A DNA stretch of 64,000 nucleotides, from NCBI RefSeq assembly GCF_018350175.1, contig NC_058368.1:35156001-35220000 (forward strand), read 5' to 3'. The notes under the pieces are model-generated. The model had not been told where the DNA came from. It saw only the letters and a list, made by a program, of their open reading frames with translations, and did not search any database. The position numbers and the translations under genes are program-made. Below, in pieces: positions 1 to 11,974 of the stretch. The DNA is from Felis catus (Eukaryota). Within the stretch, counting starts at the first letter, position 1, and each line of letters starts with the position of its first letter.

Positions 1-378
1 AAAGGGGGTCACATGACACTAACAAACAAATTCACAAAACAAAATATGCAAGAGATACAAATGTGGGCTTTTACGTTGGCTGATCACCTCCAAGCTTCCC
101 ACAGCCAGTCCTGATGTGAAAAGAAACCATACCAGACATACATGCTACTCACTGTTGCTGGAAGACGGGCTGTGGGGTTTGTTCCAGTCTGACTGCTTAA
201 TCAGAACACTGACCTACTTCTTTCATATCTTTTTGTTTTTAACAGACTACCAGCCAATCTTTGTTCTCCTTACCTGGTCTTCACCTATTAAAGTTGTAGA
301 CAGATTCTATTTCCTTCTCTAATTTTCCTAACTCTTCAGGATCCCGTTGTCTTAAATACACATACATATAAGAATGAT

Positions 379-593
379 ATTTTTGATGTTTATTAATTAA
401 TTATTTTGAGAGAGAGAAGAGCGAGCACAAGTGGGGAAGGGGCAGAGAGAGAGGGAGAGAGAGAATCCCAAGCAGGTTCTGCACTGTGAGCACAGAGCCC
501 AGCACAGGACTCAAACTCATGACCCATGAGATTATGACCTGAGCTGATATCAACAGTCAGATACTTTAATCAACAGAGCCACCCAGGGGCCCC
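379..593 (-). mobile_element. Can-SINE (SINEC, carnivore tRNA-derived SINE)
   Basis: Reverse strand reads GGGGCCCCTGGGTGGCTC... tRNA-like head, CT-rich tract, AATAAAC and A-rich tail. Confidence 0.95.
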
Positions 594-2689
594 TGAGTTT
601 TTTTTAATAGGCAAGCAGTTGTCAAAGGGACAAATATAGGAGTTCCGAAAGCACATGTAATTTCTTTTGAAAAGTAAAGAGGACTTAAAGTTCAATTTCT
701 CAGAAGCAAGGAAGAAAAAAAAAACAGAGAAGATACCTTAGATAACATATAAGAATCCATTTGATTTAAGTCTGAATTATAGAATTAAACTGATAAATGA
801 CACCATTGATTCTAGAGAGTAGTGGATACGAATATGTTAACATAATTAGGAATCCTTTTAATATTTATCATCTCCACTGGCCACATGATACTTATTTTCA
901 GAACTTTTTTCTATATTAAATTACAGTAAGTAATACTTTTTGTCTCATATTTTTCTAAACACAAAGAAAATAATTATAACTTTGGGTCAATGGGTACTGA
1001 ACTGAAATTTATGAAATTAAAATTTCCATCAGACTGTTAAACATTTTTGAAAGTGCTGCAAGAACTCCTATCCTTGAAGAATTTAGTAGTCTGATGTTTG
1101 CAGATTTTTGAAACTATTGTTTAAATTATTAGGCAGGCAAAATGGCCTAATATGCTAGGTTGAGACAACCCATTAGAACCATGGTTAAGTCACAGGGGCC
1201 AAGAATTGTGACTAGAACTTCTTTGCAAAAGAAGAAAAAGTGTTCCCAGGCAATAGACAGGATTTGGTAAATGAAAGAAACTCAGCTGGTGGGAGAAACT
1301 CTAGCCACATGTCAGGCTCACAAGGATGGAGAAGACAAGTCAGATATGTCATCAAGTCACTGAATAATTAACACATAAGTCAAAAGTGAGTGAAGACAAT
1401 AGTGGAGCTGGTTAAGTAGACTGACAGAGGGATCTCTCTGCAGGAGCGTGAACAGAGGTCAGGTTACAACAAATTCAAGTGTGGGATAATTACACCTAAA
1501 CTAAGCATCTAGTGGGACAACTCAGGCCTTCCAGGAAATACTGTGTTTGGGGGAAACAAGTTGTCATCTTTTTGAAAGCATGAGACTTTAGGGAGATTCT
1601 CATAAAGACCTTAAACTCTTGAGAAGAGTAATACACAGGGATATCCTCAAGCATTATAAATTAAAAATAAAATGAAATAAATCACAGGTTTAGCTCCATT
1701 GAACCTAGATAGATATACAAGAGGGTTCAGGCATAGCACAGCAAGGTTTCCTATTAATTTAAATGGAGTAAAATGAGAAACAAAATTCACATCAAAAGAC
1801 TCATGAAATAAAAATGTAGGTTCTGAGCAAAGTCAACACAAGTTTACAGTCAAGGCTCAAAGCCTCATGCACCTAAGTCTCAATAGGGGTGCCACCTTAA
1901 TGCTATCTGCTCAGTGTCCTATTGTGTTTGAGTTTTGCAACTTTGATCCTTAACTGTGAATTTCTTCCTCCTGATTGCACTAAGGCAGAATGTAGTCTTT
2001 TTGAAGGCACTTTCGCTGGGTGAATATTTTAAAGCTAGGTCTATGTTATATAGAATGTACAGGACATTTTTACCAGTTTATAGAAAAGCTTTAGCAATCA
2101 CATTAGATCTATAAGCACTGTTAATGTCAGTGGAAAAGCAGTGTGCCTGATGATACACACGTATCTGCTAAATCTGGTGGAACATAATAGACAATAAAGA
2201 AGGAAGTAAAATGCAGCATGCAAAACCAGCATGGGGACAAGAAGGTTGAAACCAAATGAGAATGCTTTGCTTCTGAACCTGTGTCAGTGACCTGTAGGAT
2301 AAATCCATTTAAAAAATCAATATCAAAGTATGGATGCTGAAATTAGTATTTTAGGGAGAAGGCTTTTATTACTTGGTGAAACCTTTAATTATTTGCTTTT
2401 GATTTTTTATTTGTTCATGTTTTTGTAATCTAGTGAAAAGATGAAATACAACTACAATTGATAGGATATGTAACATATAACAATTAAAGTGGGAGAATTT
2501 TCTGTTTCTAGGCTACTATGAACACAACTCATAATTTTTAGGAGGTTAAATAAATATTACAGATGCATAAAGATGGATAATGCTAAGCCATATGAGTTAG
2601 ACATAAGTGGTTTCTAAGAACACCATAAATTTACTGGAAAAAAAACATATATGTAAGGGCCCATTTAATTTTCATCAATGATCACTAAT

Positions 2690-3200
2690 CTCAGCATAAA
2701 ATCAATACAAAAATCTTAAAAAGATCAATAGACAACTAAGTTTTTAAAAAGTAAATAATGAATATAAACAAAATTCAGAAGTAAATGATAAACCCTGTGG
2801 AAAAAAACTCAATATAGATGGCAAAGTCTTAATATTCTTAATAGAAAGAGTCTTAAAACGTTACAGATTAAAAACAGAAAAGAAAAATGAAGACAAAAGA
2901 CTTAAAAAGTCAATTCCCAAAAGAAAAATACAAATAATCCACTAAAATATGAAAAATTTCTTTATCTGTTTTGGTGTAAATTAAAATTAATTTTTATTTG
3001 AAATTAGGAAATATATTTTAATATATAATAATACTCGGTGTACATGAGGGAATGGAGATTACGGACTGTTTATATATTTTTGGTAGATGCATAAATTGGT
3101 TTATATTTTTTATAATTTGTCAATCTATATTGATTCTTAAGTATTCATGGCCTTTAGTCTTATTATTCAACTTGAAACAATTTCACTAGAAAGTAATTCC
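2690..3200 (+). mobile_element. Very old L1 (L1ME-like) ORF2 3' fragment
   Basis: A-rich degenerate match to L1 ORF2 C-terminal region (aagtcaattcccaaaagaaaaatacaaataatccactaaaatatgaaaaa); boundaries approximate. Confidence 0.55.
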
Positions 3201-3359
3201 TCAGAATGTGATGCAGGAGTGGGAGTAACTGCACATAATCTACGTATCCAGTGTTTAGGGAAGTTCTAAATACACTTTATCCAGAGAAGGGTATAGTAAA
3301 TACATTCCTTATAATTTTAAATTTTAATGTCCTATTTTTAGATAACAAAACAAAGATTT

Positions 3360-4285
3360 AATTTCCTTATTTTCTCCTTAGATATCACAATGTCAATTGC
3401 AATATAATGGAAAGATAAACTTTAATGTTTGCGAAGCCAGAAGCTATCTACAACCCTACACACAATGAAGGTCAAAGAAGAGAGCAGAAAGATACTGCAG
3501 GAGGATATTGAAGTTGTAGGTCTCAGATAAAGCCAGAAAAGTATAGCTTTCCAAAGTAGGTGGCATATACTATTAAGAGAAATCCAGCAATCTGTTATTT
3601 ACAAAATAAAACCAAACTGGTGGCAGAAGCTTCCTGGACCTTGACTGGCAACAAGTTGATGCCAGGGAGGTCAACTTGAATGAGGAACTGCAGTGGCAAG
3701 ACATATTTGCAGGAGGCAATATGTCATCAAGGCAGAAAAAAAAGGAGATACTGTGCATTGTTGGCAGGCCTACAGCTTCTAATCTCTATGGGCCAGCTGA
3801 AAATAAGAACCAAAAGTATTTACTCACACCTAACCCTGCTACAAAATAAAGCTCATTATAATCCAGAAAAAAAAAAAATCTGGTAGTATGAAACATGGTT
3901 CTCCTCTGATCCCCATATGATCCTCCTGCAAATATTAGTCCAAGAATTCAATAAAATATGTGTAAAATTCAAAAAGAAAGAGCACAGGGTCCATATAGTT
4001 GTAGCACGAGAGAAAACTACAATTGGTACAAGAAAGAAATTTCAGATGAATAACACACAAAAAACGTATTGCCATAGAAGAGATGACAATTGTGATCAAA
4101 TACAACATGACAAATTAACATTTTAAATAACAAAACACCTCTTAAAAAAACAATTTCTCTAAGAAGATAGCAAGAGTTTAGAAAAGATACAGTGAAACAA
4201 CAAAAATAAAATAAATAAGTAAAACCATGAGTTGGTAGAGATGAGGAAAGAAATAATGTAAAAATATACTATCATAGAAATGAAT
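3360..4285 (+). mobile_element. Old L1-family 5'/ORF1-like remnant (L1ME or HAL1 type), part 1
   Basis: Purine-rich degenerate ORF1-like sequence; similar sequence appears to resume near 8130 after a nested insertion stack. Confidence 0.45.
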
Positions 4286-5556
4286 ACCCCAGCAGAAGCC
4301 ATGGGGAAGAGAAATACACAGCTGCAGCGAGATGGTACAAAAAACTTTCAATACACACAAACAGGGCAATTCAAAAAAAAAAAATTATAGAAATTTTGTG
4401 AGAAATCCAGAAACTGAAAGGTTATTGTACCTCAGGCAAGTGTGAGACCAGACTCACCAATGCTGTTAGAAAGTCTTAAGACACATTCTCACCAGAACTC
4501 ACACCCCTGACATAGCACCATACAATCAGGAAGAGACTCCCAGCAACCAGATTTTTTCAGGGGAGAGAAGAGGTTGATTTGTGCATTCAATGACCAACTT
4601 TTCTGAAGGTTTCCCCAGTATACTGGATTTTGTCTTGCCAGTTTGGGATCTCTGATGGGAAAGGCAGAGTTAAGCCACTTGAGGAGGATTGAGGTTGGTG
4701 ACACAGGCTGATAGACACCATACAGCCCTTGCTCCCATTCCCTGTTCACCACAGAGCAAGCAAACAAAAAAAGCCCAGCTCCAAGCTTCCCTCTGAGGAG
4801 GGAAAGACCTTATACATACATCTAAATCCCCAACCTCTATGAGACTTCCCAAAGAACTGGCATCTATCATGCTAGTCTTAGAGCTCTGCCAGGTCCAGCA
4901 TAATCTAGCTGCATGGAGAATATAATGGAGTTGGCAGTTTGGACTGAGAAAAGCCATAGCTTCCCACCTCCACACCAGCTTAGCACAAACTGAACAGACA
5001 AAAACCACACCTACCTGCTTCTCCCTGGGGAAAGAACTGACTGAAGCCCCCAGAATTTCAAGCGGGGCTAACAAATGGGAGACTTCTCCTGTACAAAGCA
5101 AGTCTATAAAGATTGTGAGAGGTGCCTACCTTGTCTCATATACAGACACCAACACAGGAAGTCCAGAAAAATGAAGAATCAGGCAAAGATGCCCCAAACA
5201 AAGCAACAAGATAAGTCTCAATAAATTGATCTTAATGAAATGGAGTTACATGATTTATCTGACAGAAAATTTAAAATAACTGTCAAAAAGATACTCTGAA
5301 TTCAAGAGAATAATACACGAACAAAGTAAGAATTTTAAGAAATAGAAATTACTAAAAAGGGTCAAACAGAAATCACAGAGCTAAAGAACACAATAAGTGA
5401 ATGGAAAATTCACCAAAGAGGTTCAACAGACTATATTAGGCAGAAGAAAGAATTGGCAGACTTAAAGACAAGTCACTGTAAATAATTCAGGCAGAAGAGT
5501 GAAAACTTTAAAAGAAAGAAAAAAGAGTAAAGAATTTAAGGAACTTATAGGACATC

Positions 5557-5559
<3 letters not shown>

Positions 5560-5598
<39 letters not shown>
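5560..5598 (+). repeat. poly(A) run of 39 nt inside L1 ORF1
   Basis: Direct reading. Confidence 0.95.
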
Positions 5599-5602
<4 letters not shown>

Positions 5603-6089
5603 TCATTATGGGAGTCTCATAAGGTAAAGAGATACAGAAAGGACCAGAAATTTTCTTATTCCTTATTCAAAGGAATAATGGCTAAAAATTTCCCAAATGT
5701 GGGAGAGGGAAATTAACATCCAGATCCAAGAAGTTTAAAGGATTCAAAATATAATGAATTGGAAGAATTGTACACCAACATGCATCATAATCATTATCAA
5801 AAGATAAAGAGAGAATTTTGAAGCCAGAAAAAAAGAGCAATTTGTCACACACACAAGGGAGGCTCTCCAGAAGACAATAAACAGATTTTTTTCAGTAGGA
5901 ATCTTGTAGGCCAGAAGAGAATGAAATGATATATGCAAAGTGCTGAAGGGGGGGGGGGGGGGGGAACCACCAACCAGGAATACTACACCTGATAAAATTG
6001 TCCTTCAAAAATGATAAAGAATGTCTCAGAAAAACAAAAGCTGAGGAAGTTAATGAACACTAGATCAATCATAAAAAATGCTAAAGGGA

Positions 6090-6285
6090 GGGGTGCCTGG
6101 GTGCCTCAGTGGGCCGAGTGACCAGCTTTGGCTTAGGTTATGATCTCAAGACAGGGCACATGAATTCGAGCCCTGCACGGGGCTCTCTGCTGTCGGCACA
6201 GAGCCTGCTTGGATCCTCTGTCCCCCTTTCTCTCTGTACCTCCCCATTCACACTCTCTTTCTTTCTGAAAAATAAATAAACATTT
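6090..6285 (+). mobile_element. Can-SINE inserted in L1
   Basis: GGGGTGCCTGGGTG head, CT tract, AATAAATAAAC tail; TSD aaaaatgctaaag on both sides (from 6074 and 6286). Confidence 0.95.
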
Positions 6286-6498
6286 AAAAATGCTAAAGAG
6301 TGTTCTTCAAGTTGAAATGAAAGGGCATTAAACAGCAACAGAATAGCATAAGAAAGTATGAAACTCATAGGTAAAAGTGAAAAATATATGGCCAAAGAAA
6401 GAATGTTACTGTAACAGCGATGGGTAAATACTTTTACCTCTTGTAAAAAAGTTAAACAACAAAAGTATTCAAAATAACTATAATTTTAAAATATGTTA

Positions 6499-6715
6499 GG
6501 GTTGCCTGGGTGGCTCGGTTGGTTAAGTGTTCAGTTCTTGGTTTTGGCTTAGGTCATGGATCTCAGGGTTTGTAGGTTTGAGCCCCGCATCAAGATCTGC
6601 ACGGACAGTGCAGACCTGCTTGGGATCTCTCTTACTGCCTCTCTTTCTCTCTGCCTCTCCCGTACTCACTCCCTCTCTCTCTCTCTAAATAAATAAACTT
6701 AAAAAAATTAAAAAA
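6499..6715 (+). mobile_element. Can-SINE inserted in L1
   Basis: Head, CT tract and tail; TSD ttaaaatatgtta at 6486-6498 and 6716-6728. Confidence 0.95.
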
Positions 6716-7351
6716 TTAAAATATGTTAAAATATACACAATAGGAATTGATATAAAATGTCGCCAAAAAGGGAAGAATTTGAAGTGCAGAGTTTGTATGT
6801 GATGGGACTTGTTATCAGTTCAAAATTGATTTTTTTAACTATAAGATATTTGCGTAAGCCCAAAGGTAACAACATAAACAAAAAAAAATATCTCTAGAAG
6901 TTACACATACATACACACAAAAGAAATAATCAGATGATGGCAATTTTGAAAATGTCAACAAAACATAGAAGGCAGCAAGACAGGGAAAGATAAACAAAAT
7001 GAGACTAACAAAAACAAGACAATGGGGATAGTAAATCTTTCTCTAGAAATATTACTTTAGTTTAAGTGGATTTCAATCCCCAACTCTAAGACAGAATGGC
7101 TGAATAGATTTAAAAAGTCATAATAACATCCGACTATATGCTGTCTACAAGAAACTTACTTTAGATATAAGGGCACAAATATTCTGAAAGTAAAATAAAA
7201 AGGATATTACACGCAAATGGTAACCAAAAGAGAGAAGGGATACATCAGACAAAACAGACTTTAATTCAAAAACTGTCTCAAGAAATGAAAAGGGACACTA
7301 TATAATGACGAAAAGGAAAATCCACCAGGAAGCTATAACAATTACAGATAT

Positions 7352-7480
7352 TGTCATCTGTTTTTAAAGGCTCATGTGATTAGATTAGGCCCATGTGCAT
7401 AATCTCCCTCTTTTTATTTTTTTAAGTATCTTTTTTAATTTATTTCTTTGAGAGACAGAGAGACAGAGAGACAGAGAGAC

Positions 7481-7533
<53 letters not shown>

Positions 7534-7700
7534 GGGCAGAGAAATAGAGGGAGAGAGAGAAAACCCAGGCAGGCTCTGCACTGACAGCATTGGATTCCCT
7601 CCTACGAAATTTGAGATCATGACCTGAGAGAAGTCAAGAATCAGGTGACTGAGCCACCCTGAGGCCTAATCTCCCTCTTTTTAAGGTCAACTGTGCCATG
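7352..7700 (-). mobile_element. MaLR LTR fragment (MLT1E-like), split by a SINE
   Basis: Reverse strand TGGCACAGTTGACCTTAAAAAGAGGGAGATTA...GGGCCTAATCTAATCACATGAGCCTTTAAAAAC resembles the MLT1E family. Confidence 0.7.
7416..7666 (-). mobile_element. Can-SINE with expanded (GA)n/(GAGAGAGACA)n tract
   Basis: Perfect 16-bp TSD taatctccctcttttt at 7400-7415 and 7667-7682. Confidence 0.95.
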
Positions 7701-8132
7701 TGTTATGGGTTGAATTGTGCTCCCAAAAAAGATGCATTGAAGTTCTAGCCACCAGTATCTTGCAACGTAGCCTTATTTGGAAACAGTGTTTAAAAAGTAA
7801 TCAAGTTAAAAATGAGGACGGGGTGGCCCTAATGCAATATGAGTGGTACCTTCATAAAAAGGAGAAATTTGGACAGAGAGACAGACACACACAGAAGGAG
7901 GATGATGTGAAGATATTCAGGAAGCACTCTGTGTGAAGTTGGAGGCAGAAATTGAACTGATGTAGCTACAAGCCAAGGAACTGCAAGGACTGCCTACCAC
8001 CCAGAGTAGCTAGGGACAAGCAGAGAAGAATTCTACCCAGAGTCCCTGAAAGAGAGAGCAGGGCCCTGCACACTCCTTGATCTCACACACCTGGCTGCCA
8101 GGACTGGGAGGCACTAGATTTCTCTTATTGAA
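7701..8132 (+). mobile_element. MaLR LTR (MLT1C/MLT1B-like), 3' truncated
   Basis: Starts TGTTATGGGTTGAATTGTG; contains ccttatttggaaa and ggaggcagaaattg...gctacaagccaaggaa, typical of MLT1B/C. Confidence 0.88.
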
Positions 8133-8870
8133 ATAAAGACAAACAGATGGAAAGACATAAAGAAAGGAAGACCTATCTGGGATCACAAGGAGGAAGAAGA
8201 GCTAATAAAAGTCAAAATAAACAAAGACTCAAAAGAAAGTGACAGCTGAGGAAAAACATGAAGCAAACGGAATTTTAAAATATTCTTAAATAGTTTTTTT
8301 TAAATATTATTTTTTGAATTTCTGAAAACAAAACCTGACCTTAATATATACACTGGAACATTACATCATGTCTCAAAAGCTGATCTGGGATCATCAATAT
8401 GAGCCACATACTGGTAAAATTTCTGGACTTCAAAAAGAAAGAGAAGAAAAACACTAACATCTTAACCTGAATAGTTGTACAACCATTTAAGAAAGTAAAA
8501 AGGCTTTCTATTTATTAAAAAAAAAAAACTGGCCCAAGTATAGTTACAAAAGGCTTTCATTGAACTCAAAATGAACAGATAATTCCTATCTATGAGTATA
8601 TTCAGAATAAAAAAAAAGACTCAGAAAGCTGTTAAATATACCATCAAAACAAACCCAAAATAGGTGAGTAATCACACATTCAACAAATAAATAAAATATT
8701 AATAAATTAAATATAAATATACTTAAAGGGTAATGCACCATAATAAACTCAATATATGAAAGGTTATACTATTAGTATTATTAATATTAAGAAATGCATT
8801 AATAAAAGTTTTGACATTACTGATTAAAGGAGAAAAATAAATTGGTAAATAAAAAATGGCAATTCTAATT
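8133..8870 (+). mobile_element. Old L1-family remnants (ORF1-like part 2, then ORF2-like fragment)
   Basis: cacatactggtaaaatttctggacttcaaaaagaaagag resembles L1/HAL1 ORF1; following A-rich sequence resembles L1 ORF2. Confidence 0.5.
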
Positions 8871-8920
8871 TCTGATTTTAACTTTAACTAGTTTCTGACT
8901 TTAAACTTTACTTTTTTAAC

Positions 8921-9121
8921 TTTTTTTTTAAGTTTATTTATTTTTGAGAGACACAGAGACAGTGTGAGTGGGGGAGGGGCAGAGAGGGAGAGGAAGAAAC
9001 CGAGAACCCCACGCAGGCTCCACAGTACAGAGGTGATGTGGAGCTTGAACCCACAAAACCATGAGATTATGCCCTGAAGTCAAGAGTCAGATGCTTAACT
9101 GACTGAGACACCCAGGAGCCC
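8921..9121 (-). mobile_element. Can-SINE
   Basis: T-rich tail, GA tract, ...gactgagacacccaggagccc (reverse head). Confidence 0.93.
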
Positions 9122-9869
9122 TTTTAACAGATTAGAAAGCACGAGAGAACTTGAAAAGCAAATTATCAATATGCTTATTAAAAAGAACAGGACCTAACTT
9201 CCACTATTTATGATCAGCTCAGATAGGTTAAATAACCCACTAAACAATTCACAGAAGCATTAACAGATTCACAAATCTGTGAACTGCAAATTACAATAAA
9301 GGAAAAATTGGAACAGATAAAATTTTCAAAGACAGAAGAGAAAAAATATTTTTTGAAATAAAGAAAAATTATTAATGTGCATGTCAAAGGCAATAACATC
9401 TCGTGAAAATATTTATGCCCAGTGATCAGCATTATGACATTGCCTGGGTTTAATATACCCAAGAAGCAAGTCACCTGTAGGAGGAAATAAATGAAGTAAA
9501 AATAAAACACAGTCATCAAGGAGACAAAAGAGGACATAGAATTAATAACTTTTAATAAGGTAATTCACATATTTATGTATAAGTGTGCATCAACGTGTAT
9601 ATATTATATTCTATAAAAAGATATTACAAGATCATTTCATATATATTCAAAAATTAAACATCTAAAAACAGTAAGCTTATCCCTTTATTTCGAAATAGCT
9701 TACAAATGCTTGCAGGTGCATCCTTCCTAGTTGTAGCAAGCTCAGAAAATCTTTCCTTTCTTTCATTTTTCTTCTCTTTTTTCTTTCTTTTTGACTCCAG
9801 GTATATGTGTGGTGGTCTTGGTTGTATTTTAATATCTGTCTCTGAGAAGTTGTTAAAAAGATTTATGCA

Positions 9870-10190
9870 CATCCTTAATATGGAATAGTCTGCATCTTTA
9901 ATAACATGGACAGATCTCTGAAACATATTTTTATATGAAAAGTAAGTTGCAGAGCTGTATGAAAAGTATGTCCCAATTCATATTTAAAAATAATTGCATA
10001 TGTAAAAGAATGCATGCAAGTAAATACATTGGAAATGTACTCAAATTTGAATATCAAATTATCCATGGGTGAGAGAAAAGTAGGGAGATTTTAATAAAAC
10101 TTAGATATTTTATTCCATATATTTCTGAAATGTCTGGATCTTTCAATAAAAGTATATTCACATATCCTGTGTATGAAAATCAGAATACAT
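9870..10190 (+). mobile_element. L1ME-type 3' end fragment
   Basis: tggaatag...aacatggacagatctc...gaaaagtaagttgcaga...agtatg pattern of L1ME 3'UTR. Confidence 0.55.
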
Positions 10191-11974
10191 TTTTGAAAGG
10201 ATTATCTGACAAAGACCTACACTGGACATAGCCAAGTGCCAACCTCTTTAATGAACTGTTAATTAGTTTATTTGATTTTTCCTGGTATTTTTTTTCAAAA
10301 GCAGAGTAAACAATAGTTTATAAGTTCAGAAGGAAAAGTATAATACTTGATACCAAAAGTATTTGCCCCATCTACTAATTGATGGCTGAGAGAACATATA
10401 ATTTTAAACTTTTTTTCTCATTAAAAGGTATAATGTCCTAAAGTATATAACACTTTACATAATTGTTAATTATATTTAAAGATGAATGATTTTGGATTCC
10501 TTTTCTAATGAAAAAAGAAGACACTAGGAAAACTTAATATATACACAGAGAACAAAAAACATTTTTTTTAAAAAAAGAGGGAGAATCACAAGTCAAAAAT
10601 ACCAAAGATAAGCTCATGTATTTGATCAAAATACCTATGATCTAAATTGTAAAGTTAACATTGTGGGCAGGTCTTCTTTAGTAAAATATCAGAGAAGGAA
10701 TATGAATGTGGTTGAAGGAGGAAAATGGTCTTGAACTCATTAGCTACTTTTTCTGTTTTAAAATATAATACAGAATTTGGATTTAGGATACTTAATTCAA
10801 AAGAGGAGGAAATATAGAGGAATAGTGATAAAAATGTTGATGTTCTAGAAGACTTCAACCGGACCCTGATACCCAGTCCTTCACTATTATTTCATACATT
10901 TTAAATTTCTGATGAATATTCCTCAAACAATTTAGACTCTCAATTTGACAAACAACTGAAGACTTAGACAACTAAGGAGATTTAAAGTACCTCAGAAACA
11001 AGTGTCCCAAGTACTCCAGTCTCCATATAAAAATAATATTATGAAGAAATGATGTTAAACTTAAATCCAACAATTGTCTTTGTTTTTTTAACACAATTGT
11101 CTTTGGATAAAAACTTAGACCAAAAATAATTATGTGCAAGTTTACTTTTAATATAAAACAAAGAGAAAGCCTATCCAGGCTAGACTGTCCAAACAAAAAT
11201 TCATGATAGTCATAATGCAGTATTATGGGGGGAGGGTCTTATAAATGGTTTACCTAAGTGTTGCCCTCCTGATACATTTTCATTTTCTTAGGAAAGTGCA
11301 GTGTGCTTTTAAAAAGGAAACTATTTTTATTAACTTCTTCAGGGGGTGGTGGGTGTCTATTAAAAACAGAGGACTCTTCTCACTCACTTACACACATTCT
11401 TACTTTTGTGAAATATGTTTAAAAATATTAACCTATTTTATGTGGCAATGAAGGTGAACAGGGAATTTAAGCACTGAATGGGGAGGGTAACAAGATAACC
11501 TTTTAAGGTCCTTTTCAACCCTGGCAGTCGGTGATTCCAAACCAGACGAGGCTGCAGTTAAAATGCAGACGTTGCATCAAATCATCTCCTGGTATCAGAC
11601 AACCCTTATAAGCTGGATCTTAGGTTTATATTCCCTTTAGTCAGTTTAATCAAGAACGAGATTGCATTTTGAATAAAAAAAAATTAATAAAAACCTATTG
11701 AAAAACAAATGGTTTTATTCAGGAGACATAACTCACAACTGGGAAATAAAAGGACTTTTTAATATAGCATCATCACTGGATTCCACAGCCATGCAGAGAA
11801 GCATCTCTACCTTTCTTGTTGCTCATTTGCTTTTAGTTGCTACTATGGATCATGCTCAATCTTAGTAGCAAATAATGATTATTTGAAACTCACTGGCTTC
11901 TGGTGACAGGTCATTAGCTTTATAAAAGAAATTAATACATTTATTTTTATGTCTATTGTTCCTGTTTTGACTTC

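Larger units (their letters stand above)
4290..7351 (+). mobile_element. L1 5' portion: 5'UTR, decayed ORF1, spacer and start of ORF2 endonuclease; interrupted by two SINEs
   Basis: ORF1-like text from about 5170 (atgaagaatcaggcaaagatgccccaaacaaag...). APE endonuclease motif ATA TGC TGT CTA CAA GAA ACT (ICCLQET) starts at 7136. Many stops and frameshifts. Confidence 0.9.

Noticed and set aside
1180..1560. Purine-rich blocks of similar style here, at 38090-38480 and at 41330-41620
   Set aside because: May be ancient LTR (Gypsy-like) remnants, but I cannot align them to each other or to a consensus by eye.
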